A stretch of 63,156 nucleotides of DNA, filler included, from Reticulomyxa filosa (taxonomy: Eukaryota; Protista; Foraminifera): NCBI GenBank assembly GCA_000512085.1. It is 18 parts of 18 records of this genome, joined end to end, with 100 filler letters (N's around TTAATTAATTAA, not from the genome) between each part and the next. Parts side by side here need not be neighbours in the genome. Positions count along the whole stretch, not along the records: positions 36,728 to 44,425 come from ASPP01022151.1; positions 44,526 to 48,179 come from ASPP01007204.1; positions 48,280 to 57,346 come from ASPP01011773.1; 15 more parts are not named here. One strand, written 5' to 3'. The notes beneath the pieces were generated by a model. The model was given only the letters and a program-made list of their open reading frames with translations. It was not told the DNA's origin and did not search any database. Both the position numbers and the translations under genes were made by a program. How positions within the stretch are numbered: the first letter of the stretch is position 1; each line of letters begins with the position of its first letter. Of this stretch, positions 38,986 to 51,299 are shown one piece after another.

Positions 38986-41379
38986 CCTTTTTTTTTTACT
39001 GTTGTTTCCCGTGGAAAATCTTTTTTCAACTTTCTGGCAGTTTTTACTTTTGTCAACGCTTTCAAAAAAAAGTTAAAACGTATACATATATAATAAATTA
39101 TAATAATCCCCATGAAAGTAAATTCTCTCCGTGAAAAATAGTTTTCATTCCCAAATTACGAAGAATAAAAAATATGTGTATTGTATCCCTCTTTTCCTTT
39201 TGGCAGTCCTTAAAGTCAAAAACATTTATTTCATTACATCTCAATACTACAATCCATTCAAAAAAATGACAAAACAAAAGCACTTACAATAAGTATCAAT
39301 TTCAATAACAAAGCAAAAATATTTCAACTTTTATTCGTAAAAAGAAAAAACATTCAAATCCAATAAAGAAAAACTATGTCGATTTAATGTCGATAATATT
39401 GTTGGACGTCTGCTGCTGATAAGAGACTGCACTAAATATAATACAAAAGGTTCAATCAAAAAGATGTCGGTTTTCAACAAAACGAAAGTAAATTAAGTTA
39501 ATGAAAAATGAATGACACAATAAAAGAAAAAAAACAAACAAATAGTGAAGCAAGTTGGTGGATAAGTTTAACCAACTGGTGGTTCATCAAATCCTTCAGA
39601 GTTCAGCCATATATATAGTAGGGACTTGCCATACAATATTGCATCAACTGACAATAAAATCAAAGCAATTATTGATGCGATTTAAATTTTGACTATATCA
39701 AAGTGAACGTTATACAAAAATTTAATCTATTGGATCAAAGAAAATCCTACGTTCTTTTTTTAGAAAAAATTTTGTAAATGATATCTTCAAACAGAAAAAA
39801 GATTGATTTGAGGCAAATACGTATCAACAAAAAAAAAAAGGTTATTACTAACTACTAAAGTCTGACGTTGAATGTACAATATGTAAAATAAACACGAATA
39901 GCACCATTACTATGCATATAGTCATTGCACAAACACAAAAAGAATTTTTCATCAAAAAAAGTCATTTATTTGATAAATATCTAGTAGATTGCAATAACAT
40001 TGAACCGATCTGTAATATATTTATTATCGAACGCCACCAAACTGAAATTAAAATAAGAACTACAAATGTCATCGTAATGATAACTGAGACCTTGAATCAA
40101 AAGTGCAAATTAAATCTGTTTGGCTGATACAGTTATTGATCAATCTTGTCTAGGACATGATCAAAGCGATTATGATTAATGATATCTGACATGACAAGCA
40201 CATGTTTTGAAAAACTTATTTTCTCAACAAATACAAAAACTAAACAAAATGCTTAATTGCCGATTATATAAAATGAAAAAGTCGACTGAGCAAACAATTG
40301 CATAATTGACATTACTGTACTTTGTCTTGTGATTATTTTGATTATTTATTTCTTTTGCAAAGACTGTTCACGCCAAGAATAGTCTTTTTAAAACATTTTG
40401 TTTTGTTAAAAATGTTTTTAACCTTTATGATTTTATATTGATAAATTTTCCAAATGTCTTGACATGTAAATGCTCTATTTGTTTTCTTTTTTTTACATTA
40501 CATAAAATTATGTAAGAGGATTCAACTTATGTAAACAATCAAAAAATAAAAATCTTAACAAGATTAGCCAGCTACGACTTCAAAAATTAATATCAATTGC
40601 TTGTCGTTGCTGAAAATCGCTGAAATTGCATACCGAGAAAAATTACAAAGCAAAAGATTTATATATTGACAAAACAAGGAAGATTATTCTTCTATCAGCT
40701 TATTGTTCATAAATGAAAGAAAAAACATTATGAACTATTTCTATCTTAATTTTTGCGTTGAAAAAACATTTGAATTTGTCCTCTTGATAAGCTTTTTTAA
40801 AAAAATGAGATTATTTGCAATCTGATCGAATTTAATGATTTAGATGATCTCAACCAAGAAGTTTACCAACTTTTTTTAAAACAGTTTCAAAAAATGCTCA
40901 ACCATAATATTTTCCGCCATTTTTTTTAAAATAACAAGATTTCGCAATGAAAGTGAATGACAAAATGTATTGAAAAAATGCATTAAAAATAAAATTATTG
41001 ATAGAGTCAAAAAAAACAAAAATAAAAGGACAGTATAGCAGTTTTTATGATAAGAATATTATAATTCAAATAAAAACTTTTCAAATTTAATTTTTATTTT
41101 TTATTTTTATGTTTGTTATTTTGCCATCACGTATCAATTTTTTGGCTTGTAATTTAATAATTATTTTTTTATACTATTTTAGAGAAAAGAGTACAAATAA
41201 TAAAAATGCAAAAAGAAAAAACTAATAATACAAAATAAAATGCACAAACGCAGTCAAAAAACAACAAAAACGGCAAAATTTCAAAAAAATTCAAAAAACT
41301 TAAAAAGTAGCAATTCTTTATTAAAACGAAAATTATGTTGAAAAAATTATTTAAATTTTTGAAACAATTAGTAAAAATT

Positions 41380-41523
41380 TAATAAAAAACTAAAATCATA
41401 TTTAAAACTACACGACTCGAAGATGTTTTTCAAATAAAAATTAAGTCTAAATGTTTTTTTTCATGAAGAAAAATCAATTATCTTTACAAGTGCCATTTTA
41501 GGTGTCAACTTTCTTTTGTACTG
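41380..41523 (+). mobile_element. Solo Tc1 terminal segment
   Basis: Aligns with 10800-10957 and 12350-12505; ends GGTGTCAACTTTCTTTTGTACTG. Confidence 0.65.
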
Positions 41524-42017
41524 AAAGTTAGCAATTGCTTTTTAATAATTTCCATTCGTGCTGTTGTTTGCTTTGTTGTTGTAGGCATAGTGATGAGACT
41601 AAGTGTAATACAAAAGAAAACTTAGTTCCGAAAAGTAGTTTCAGTAAAAAGAAAGTAAATTAACGAAAATAATTGCAACACAATGAAAGGAAAACAACTA
41701 AAGAACTAGACAAAGTGAGTTGTATTGTTAAGAAGGTTTAACCCACAGGTCCCACAGTTCCTTTATTTGAACTTGTATAATAGGGTTTTACCCTACATTG
41801 TCATCATTTTGAAGTGCCTCTCTTGGGCATTACATCAAATGCGACGTTCAACACATGATACTTAAAAACAAACAAAATAATAGAAATTTTTTTTAAAAAG
41901 AGCACACTTTTTAAAAAATACTTGGCAATGAGCAGCATGAACGCGATAGCAATGCGCTTTGTTTTCAATAAATCTCCAGTTCGAGGAATATGTCATGTTG
42001 TAAACTCTTTATAGAAA

Positions 42018-42260
42018 TCAATAAGCCATCCTAAAGAGTATTTCCAATCTGCTTTTTTTGTTTGTGGTTTTCATATCTGAAATTGCATTTTTGTTTTGAT
42101 CTTTTTTTTTGACTTGAGTAGAACAAGGAAATATATCTTTGAAATTTTTCTTTTCATGTGCAGTAATCATTCTCAAAACTAGCAACGTCAACGTGCCAGA
42201 AACTAAGAACAAACTTGACAAAAACAACACAAATACTTTTTCAATTGTTTCTAATTCCAA
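42018..42260 (-). pseudogene. Possible membrane-protein remnant
   Basis: A hydrophobic N-terminal helix, then stops. Confidence 0.2.
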
Positions 42261-43350
42261 ACACTGTAAACATTTGCTCTGTCATCTCCAGACTTACTTA
42301 GACAAGCAGCCCTATGACGGGAGAAAAAAAAAAAAAATGAACTAGGCCCTTTTTGGAAGAGACTTTACTCGCGAAATTTGTTAAGACGTACATTTTAAAC
42401 AATTTGAAAACGCTTAATTTTATGAAAATTTCTCGACTATAAAGAAAATTGAAAATAATAAGCTGCAAAACTTTGACGACTGTTTGTGTGCCAGTGAATA
42501 GGGAGAATAACCTGTCGTGGATACACGCAAGTTGGGCGTTTGTTTGTCAGTAGTCAAAACTTGACATTGCAATTGTTCTGTTTTAGTCTTTTTTGGAAAT
42601 TCTTACCTACTTCTTTATTTCAAAAATGTGGTTTTTACAAAAGCAGATTATATTTCAATAGGTTAAATATTGGAGTCCGATATTTTTCCACCTTTTCAAT
42701 AATCTTTGCTATTTACACGTCCTTGACTTGGATACTGTTAATTAGGTAGTTTTGTTGCTTCTGTATAATGTTGCTCTCGTCACAAAATTTCACATTTCTC
42801 AAATATAAACAAAAATGTGCCACTTTTTGTGTGTGACCAACAATAAATGAATGATTTTTTAAAGCGGAAATAACCCTTTGCGCAGTAGAAGTTGTCAAAA
42901 ACTGTAAACTTTTTGTTGTGAAGAATGTCAAGAAGTGAGGGGAGTCCAAAAGAATTGAGTAGCAGTGGAAACAGTGACGACGAAGAGTTAATATGTGTGT
43001 CTACTGCTACTTACTGTTTTTAAACTGGGATGGACAAATTGCGTGCCCAACAGATATTCGTCCGAAACTAAAGTAAAAGACGCTACATTAAAAAACTCGA
43101 CTATTTTTTGCAAGCAAAAGCTTTTCAACCTTTTTAAAAACTTTTTTTTAATGTTGATTGACCCAATTTAAAAAACATTTTAAAGAAAAAAAAAGATACC
43201 GAAGAGGAACAATACCCTCAAAGTAAAGAGGAAAGCAAGGTTAGCACACAAAAAAAGTAGCTCTATTTTTTTAGAGCCGTTGTTTTATCCATACGTTGAA
43301 TAAAAATAAACTAGGAAAAAAGTGGTACACTATCTGTAAGTATAACAGGT

Positions 43351-44392
43351 ATGTACACAGAGCGGAATATCCCTCAAAGAAATAATGGAACACAGCAACG
43401 GGATGAACCAAGTTCTTCAACAGGAACACAATACAACAAAAGTTGTAGGGTATTTTATCCATTTATAATATTGTGGATTGTCTTCCTCGCAGGGATTCTT
43501 GCAGGACTTCTACCCTTGTTTCTGTGGATGGGTCGTAACAACAGAGCGGATACCAAAGTGGCGATACAATGGACCATAGAATCAGTAACACAACGCTTTT
43601 CCAACAAAATTGGATATGAATTTTTGATCTCACATCAAGTGTCACAGCTGATGTTGAGTGCGGTTCATGTTGAAGATTTGCCAATCGTTCTGAGCAATGA
43701 GACATCGGGGGAATATGATCCTGTATTTTTGCAATATCGACATCTTCGTGGTACCTCAATCATTAGCGGCGTTTACATAACAACAATTAGTTTAGTTCTC
43801 TTTTTTTTTTTTGGCAAGATACGAAAATGTTTTTATACGTAGCAAAAAAAAAATAGATAAAACAAGTGGTGACGTATACATGACTGGAGGTTGCCAACTA
43901 CAACCAAATTCCAGTTCGTATGAAATCATGATCTACAATGGCACATGCTTGTATTACCTGGATGTTGACATAAATGATGACCGTCGTGTGAATAATAACC
44001 CATTGCCAGGTGGCTGTGTGGACGGTTTTGATATTCACACACGAAATTGGTATATACTCGCCCAAAACTTGACCGGAACACAGTCCAAATGGACCGATTC
44101 GTATTTCTTCCACAACAACTACAGCAATACGTCTGGTATGACTTTGGTGACGAAGCGGAAAGCTGGAAGTGACATTGAATTCATTATATGTGTTGATGCT
44201 TTGCTGGAGAACATTCAACGAATGCTTGACGATGCTGTCAATGAGTTACTTATAGTTTCTTAAAAAAAAAAAAAAAGCAGAAATACAATGTCTTAAAAAA
44301 AATATCAATCTAATTCATGTAGAGTGCCTTTGGGAGGAACGTTATTTGTTACTTCTGAAATGTATACATTACTTGGAGCAAGGACTTGTGAT
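43351..44392 (+). CDS. Membrane receptor with extracellular dCache_1 domain, 3' truncated
   Basis: Exons 43351-43789, 43857-44244 and 44323-44392 splice in frame. TM1 is followed by a long helix, then FDIHTRNWYILA..WTDSY..MTLV..IICVDALLENIQRML..GGTLFV, the Cache consensus (YDPR.RPWY..A..WT.PY..IT..GV...D..L..I). Confidence 0.78.
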
Positions 44393-44525
44393 GTTAGGTT
44401 TATGTCAATGTTTTTTTTGCAAAAANNNNNNNNNNNNNNNNNNNNNNNNNNNNNNNNNNNNNNNNNNNNTTAATTAATTAANNNNNNNNNNNNNNNNNNN
44501 NNNNNNNNNNNNNNNNNNNNNNNNN

Positions 44526-46642
44526 ACTTCCGCAGGAGCCAAAAAACTTCTTTATTCCGACAAAATAACAGGTATATATAAATATATGTACATATATATA
44601 CCTGTACATATATATATATATATATACCTGTTATTTTGTCGCCCCGTTCCCTCCCTCCCTTCCTTCCTTCCCTCATTATACAATTATATATGATTACATT
44701 TGAATAAGTTATTCCTTTCTCCTCCCTCCGTTTTTTTTTTTTTTAAATAAAAATAAAAGCTCTCCTCGGATGGAGTCAGGTGTTCATGCAATGCAACAGA
44801 ACATACGTATGTTCAGTCGGTTCGATGTCATCCCCGTCATTCAGACCACACATAGCCACGCAAAGACAGTAAGCAATGGAGCGATCGACGTTGGCGGCCT
44901 CGGCGCTCGTGCGACAAGTAATCCTCGTGCCAACGTGGCGATGAAGCCTTCCACTTCTGGACTCAGTGTGTTTGCACATCCGAGTCATCACAGTCAACAC
45001 AGCAATCATGATCACCACTCCTTTCGTCGTCGCACCAACAGTGGAGGCAGTGGACCCGATGTGGAGCCCGAAAAGTCAGTCACGGCCACTTTGAAACCCG
45101 AACATGCTGGCAAGAAAACTCTGTTTCGCAGTGTCAGCGCCGGCGAAAGCGTCAAGCAAAATCACGCCAGTAAATTTGTCGCTGTCGACGTTGATACGTC
45201 ACTTTATCCTTGGACCATTCGATATCGACGTGTCTTGGGGAGGGTGCGCTTCATGATCGCATTGACTGTCGTCTATTGGATTCTCGTCACCTGCGCTTTC
45301 GCCTTGTTTTATTACCATGTCTTTGTATGCTGCAGTCAAATCAGGCGCATTGCTTATCTTCTTTACGTGTGGGGGCACTTGCTTCTCCTTATCATCTCCA
45401 CTTTGGCTATTATGTTACAGGCAAGTGAAATGCATGACGTCATGGGAATTTACAGTTTGTTTTTTTTTTAAAAAATTATTATTAAAAGAGAGACTCTATA
45501 TTTATTTCACATTTACGTAGCTACTCTTTTTATCTTTTTTTAAAAAAGATGGAGTCTGTGCATGTATGTTACTGTTTTGGACTGGCTCCAAAATATAAAC
45601 AGGTGAACTCAAATACATCTTGCTGAACTGCGTGATTTGGAGCCTAGTGATATTTGTGCTAATGGCAATAGGCGACTTTGAGAATGACACAGCACTGCTA
45701 TGGATTTGGTGTCCATCGTTGCTGAACGGTATCAATGCACTGATAATGATGCGCCCGTTGGACCTGTATGCGATCGACGACGAGCAAACGATGCAATTTG
45801 CGCATATGTATAGTACGGAAAACGCCTCGGCGACCAAGACGGAACACGAGCGAGGACAAGTCACTACTTCCATTTTGTTTTGTCTGTACAAAGCGCGGTT
45901 CATCGTGTGCAACGCGTTTCACGTCAATCCGAAATACCTCAAGCACAAGCTGCGTTTTCAAAACGGAGCCGGTGGAGAAAATGGAGCCCATTCCAGAGTG
46001 TCGATCACGCACACGAGTCACAACAAAGCGAGTGGCGGACATTTGACATTGAAGGAAGTGCTGAAGATGAAACATGGATTCAGTGGATTGGCCGCTCATT
46101 TGGTGAAAGAATTGTCTTTGGAAAATTTACTGTTTTTAGTGGAATATATGCAACTCAAAAAATTCGTATTGCACAATGAACTGTTGGAAGAAGAGTGTGT
46201 AAAATGGAGGATCGAAATTGCACCGGAAATCATCGACGAATCGATGAATGAAGATTTGCTTAAAAGCAAATGTTACATGTCTACTGAAGATTCATACCAT
46301 GTTGTGCTGTCCATGTTTCATTATCTTTATCAACATTACATTGACCGCTCCAGTGTTGCCAGTGTCAATGTGTCCTATCAATGTGTCACTCACATCAAAT
46401 ACACCATGGGCAAAGTCTTCCTATTCACTGATCACACAAGTACCGATGGCAAGGAGGAAAAAGATTTCCAAAATGACGTCTTTAGCAGTGGTGTCATGGA
46501 TATGGACATCATCGAACAACTCATTGACTCGTTCGATACTGCCGCCTTACAAGTCTTTCGTCTTCTGTACAGTGACTCATTCACGCGATTTTCAAAGACA
46601 AAAGAATATGAACTGTTACTTGAACAATCCCGTGAGATGTAG
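44526..46642 (+). CDS. 7TM-RGS protein (C-terminal TM helices plus RGS domain), 5' truncated
   Basis: Exons 44526-44571, 44760-45454 and 45603-46642. Four TM segments with the loop HDVMGIYSELKY, then the RGS box L.EVL....GF......LVKELSLENLLFL...LYQHYI..SS..SVNVS...FD.A..QVF.LL..DSFTRF..T.EY. Confidence 0.88.
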
Positions 46643-47710
46643 TATACCTGGTTTTGTTTTTTTTTTTTCCTTATTTTGTTCGTACTTTTGTTTGCTATTT
46701 GTTATTTGCTACTTATTACTTCCTACTTGTTATTTTCACACTTTTTTTTTTTGTTGTTATTTGGGGTTTATGTCTTATTTTGTTTTTCCACGATCTTTCA
46801 CTTCTTAAAAAAACAACAAGAGAAATACAATTTTTTTTAAACTATTGAACACAAAAATATTTTGTAATTTGTTTTCCTTTTGTAAATTATAATCAATGAA
46901 GGGAACTTTGTGAAAATAATTGATCTTTTTACAACTTATTATCACAACAAAACTCGCCCTAGTTTTGTAATAAACATTTGTGATAGCTATTCATCCAAAC
47001 TATAAAACAAATTACGTACTCATGCTACTCAAGAAACTGCTGGAAAAAAAAGGCTACACTGACGCAGATACAAATCTTTCATTTTCGTGAAACAACACAA
47101 TGTCTTGAAATTCAAAAGAGCGAAAATATAGCTTTTCGTTTTGTTCAAAATCGTTATCGTTTAATTTTACTTGTGTTCCTTTTGTGATAAATTTACACAG
47201 TAGTTTCAAAACGTTAGTTTTTTTTAATTAAAGCTCTTTTAGTGTAAGATTAGAAACAAATATTTAGAGATTTCCAAGAGTTGAATGGATAAGAAAAGAA
47301 ATTTATCAGGGACTTGGATGAGAAAGTTTCTGGGAGAAAAAAAAGGCTCCCTTAAAACTTTGTTAGTGAGCGAAAGTGCTTTATTTCGAAACTAGTATTT
47401 ATGGTTAAATAAAGATAAAAAGAAGATTGTGAACAGCAGTAGTGTCCAAACTCTCAAATGTGTAAGGATTAAGCAAGTATAAAAAATTTTAACAAAGTTT
47501 TCTGTTTAGAGAAAAGTGTAATTGAAAAGTTTTCATGAAAACAGAAAACAAGAAGGTGTTTTGTTTTCTCGTTTTCCCCGATGTCACTATAGGGGAAAAA
47601 AGTCGAGCAGTTTTTCCACCAAAATGAAATATGTTTAGCCAAAACAAAAAGCAGACAATGTCCGACAGACCGTGAAGTGCAAAAAAAAAAAAAAAAAAAC
47701 CAACGGAAAA

Positions 47711-48135
47711 TTACCAGGGAGCTAGATTTTCATCATCAATCTGGTCTCCTGGATTTTGTATTTCGACGTAATCACTCCATTCCCCAAAGTTTGGAGTCGG
47801 CATGGAAGGATCGTTGTGTTTACACCGAATCCGAAACCTGCACCGAACATTTTTGGGTCAACTTGAAAGGCGTTTTTGACTTTGTTGTCAGTGGTGAGAC
47901 GGTACCATCCGGGCGGGTCATAGCACTCCCACGACACGGTGACAAACCCATTTTCGAACATAAGTTGTGCTTCGATTTCATATTTCCACGCATTGCACTT
48001 GGAGAAATCAACGCATACGTCTCCTTGAGGAGAACTCATTATGCCTACAATTTTGGGCTCTTGCGCGACCATCACTGTGTTGACAATACCACGCATGTAA
48101 CCGTATGAGAGAGAGGAACATATCCAAATGCCCAC
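47711..48135 (-). CDS. Last exon of a fibronectin type III-like protein (one apparent frameshift)
   Basis: Adding one A at the run 47850-47854 gives ...EPKIVGI..DVCVDFS..KYEIEAQ...NVRCRFRIRCKHND...FGEWSDYVEIQ...LAPW*, which fits FN3 strands C, F and G. Confidence 0.55.
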
Positions 48136-48279
48136 TTTTTTTTTTTTTTTTTTTGGGGGGGAAAAAAAAAAAAAAAAAANNNNNNNNNNNNNNNNNNNNN
48201 NNNNNNNNNNNNNNNNNNNNNNNTTAATTAATTAANNNNNNNNNNNNNNNNNNNNNNNNNNNNNNNNNNNNNNNNNNNN

Positions 48280-48694
48280 CTGTAAATGTCCATTTGTGTG
48301 ATGTCTGTTGTATTGTCAAAGTAGATATGAATGACATTTTGGAGTGCCAGTCCTTTTTAGATTGTCTTGGATTTGCAATGAGATTGCTTTGGCAAATACG
48401 TATAATATCGTAAGTTGATTGCATCAACTCATTGTTGGAAATTTGTAATGAGGACGCGATTGCTATGTTGTTGTATATATTTTGGACATTGCCATTTGTC
48501 AACGTTTCCAATTTCCACAAGTGGTTGAGCAACATGTCACGTGATACTTCTAGTATGTTCATTTTGATGTGCTGATTGAAGTGTTTTTTTCTGTTCGTCC
48601 AGCTGCAATTGCTTGTATTCGTCTCACTTGTGCTTGATAACACAACGAATGCATTTGATACATGAAGCACTACCAACACTAGCAACGCTTTCAT
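48280..48694 (-). CDS. Signal-peptide protein N-terminus (paralog of 56319-56801), truncated
   Basis: MKALLVLVVLHVSN...N.S.CSWT..HF..H..MNIL....WKL.T...S.QISN...IIRI.QSN aligns with the 56.3-56.8 kb ORF. Confidence 0.6.
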
Positions 48695-49656
48695 GCTGCC
48701 ACTTAACTACCAAAGGACTTACTCAAGATTTTTCTCAGTTTGTCCCCTTCACTTCTACTGAGCACACTGAAACAAAAGAGCAATAAAGCACTTTAAGAAA
48801 AAATTTCTGGCAAACGAATGTATTTGTAAAACTTGCTTAAGAAGGTAAATATAAGTATATCACTATCTCCAATCAAAGAAAAAAAAATTAAATGGAAAAA
48901 GTGGCTACAGTAAATATTTCAGCGATTTCAAAAAAAAAAGAACAACAAATGTTTGAAGCAGCCAGGCCTGCAAAAATGCTCACTTAGAATTTCCTCCATC
49001 TTTAATATAATCAAATTTATATCTAAATCGTTCTACATTTTCTTTATTTTTTTTGACCGGGTGCAAAAATAGATCACCTGAAAAAAATTGATTGCACTTT
49101 GACTTATAGACTAGTGAACAAGATGCCTCTCCAAAAGGAGATACCTGTACAAGTCTCCGCGTTTCAGCACAACTGTCATTTGGTATTATCCTTTATGAGA
49201 ACTTATAGACCTAATCGGGCTAAGACAAGCCTCGCAAGAGAAAGAATGTTCTTTGACACGCCCGTGATAATGACATGCCTTTTCGAATATTATTATTCAA
49301 GCGATCAACATCAATGGGGTCATGACTTTAATGAAGTAAGGGTCCATGTGTTTGGGGACTGAAATCCCCATTTTTCATTGATTTTTTCAATAACACATTC
49401 CAAATTGCGATCGGCCATTGCAATGGTCAATCCAGCTAAGTGTAAGTTCCTCCTTGGAAAGGTGCTTGAACTGGTTACATCCATCAAGCATGATTAAGAT
49501 GTTGTTCGGATGAGTGTTACTTTTAAACTTCCTATTTTTAAAGAGTTGATATCTATGCACTAACAGCATTATTTTCAGAAAAAGCACCAGACTGGGCGCT
49601 ACGGATGCGTCATACGAGAAACAGTGCACTGACTCTGGCAGGTTGTCAGACCACGT

Positions 49657-49715
49657 CAGCAGGATAAACAGCAGGATAAACAGCAGGATAAACAGCAGGA
49701 TAAACAGCAGGATAA
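49657..49715. repeat. Tandem repeat (CAGCAGGATAAA) x ~5
   Basis: Perfect 12-bp units read directly. Confidence 0.95.
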
Positions 49716-51299
49716 GCATGCAATTGAATAAGGCGTTAGTACGTTGTACAAATCTCTCAGTTTCTTTAATGTGTTAGAGAAAAGATTATCATGCACAACC
49801 ATGAAGGGGATAGGAGAGAGAAAAAGCTCGTAAAGCAACATACTTGTGTGTGTGTTGACATAAATTCGTAGTATAAAGTTGAAACAATTCAAAAAAATAA
49901 GTAAATAAAAAGTTTAGCAATTTTAAAACAAAAATTGAAAAGTCTTTTTTTTTTGGTCTGACAATGTTGCTGTGAAGCAAAACGAGCCGTGAAAACGAAA
50001 AAAAGATTTTTTTGTTATAATCAATGATCTTTTGAAATACAGATAGTTCTTGAAGAGCTAATAACAAAAAAAATGACGAAAAAGATTGTGTCATTGTGGT
50101 GGGTGTTATGGTGCAGCACTTTGGTTGTGTGGACGATGTTGGTAACGACTGGTGACACGAGCCCGTATCCGTCAGACGACCCTTGCATTGGGTGTAATCA
50201 AGCGCAAAACTGTTTAACAGAAGATTGTGTATGTATCGAATTGCCAGCAAACGAACACAGCGTGGACGCACACAACTAGGAGATTGTTAGTGGAAAACGA
50301 ACTGAAAGAATTATGAAACAGTCACACTTACAATTGCGTAGTATTCCACAACACATTGTATTCGAAGATGACTAAGTTACTTGGGGTTTTGATAAGCTTT
50401 ATTTTGGCCATGCACATATAATGAGTTTTTGAATGGCGTAAATACCTTCCCCCCCCCCCCCCCCCTCCCCAGCCCGCAAGTATACGTGGACCAAAGTAAT
50501 ACAATCGCCATCTATGGATACGAATGGAAGAATAATCGCTTGTCGTCGTGGAAGACCTATTGATAGATGCTCATCATTATCATTATCAAATCACAGACGC
50601 GTATATCCTCGAGATCACTCAGAGCACACTTATCGCATATAGGACGACGATGCTTGATCACAACTCACCATACAAAAACACATGCATGGACTATCTATTC
50701 AGTTTATGTCTACTTTAGTGGTAATGAGACCACGTCACAGCCTGTTACCGTCTTTTTACTTTTGTGGAACGTTGGTTGAAGTATGTTGACTTGTTGGGTT
50801 TCATTTGCTCATTTTTTTTTCCACCAATATTTTTGAATTAATTTGATTATGCTGAAGAAGGGTTCGTGTTTTCTTTTCGCTTTTGCTATTTTCAAAAAAG
50901 AAAAGGATGCGATCTTTTTTTTTTTTAAGTAACATTATTCATCACCAAATTTTGTTGAGATTGAAAAATGAACTCTCCAAGGAGGGAACACTTGGAGATG
51001 AAAGATGTCTCAACTGCATCAACGGCGAAGAATGCAAGAAAGTATTAAAATTTGAATTACTTTTTAAAAAATCAACTGAATCAGATATGGATTAGAAAGA
51101 ATAATTTTTTAAAAAAATGCAGCTATATTAAAAGATAGCTACAATCATCATAGCACAACACACTTGCACTACAGTGACGATAAATCATACAATACAACTA
51201 ATCACATTGAAAAAACAACAAAAGAAAAACAAGTCAATGCGCTAACTTGTTATATCAACGAAGGGATTACTGACAATATTGTCAATATATATATATATA

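Noticed and set aside
41781-41795. TAGGGT-TTT-ACCCTA telomere-like hairpin
   Set aside because: Single short occurrence, with no tandem telomeric array.
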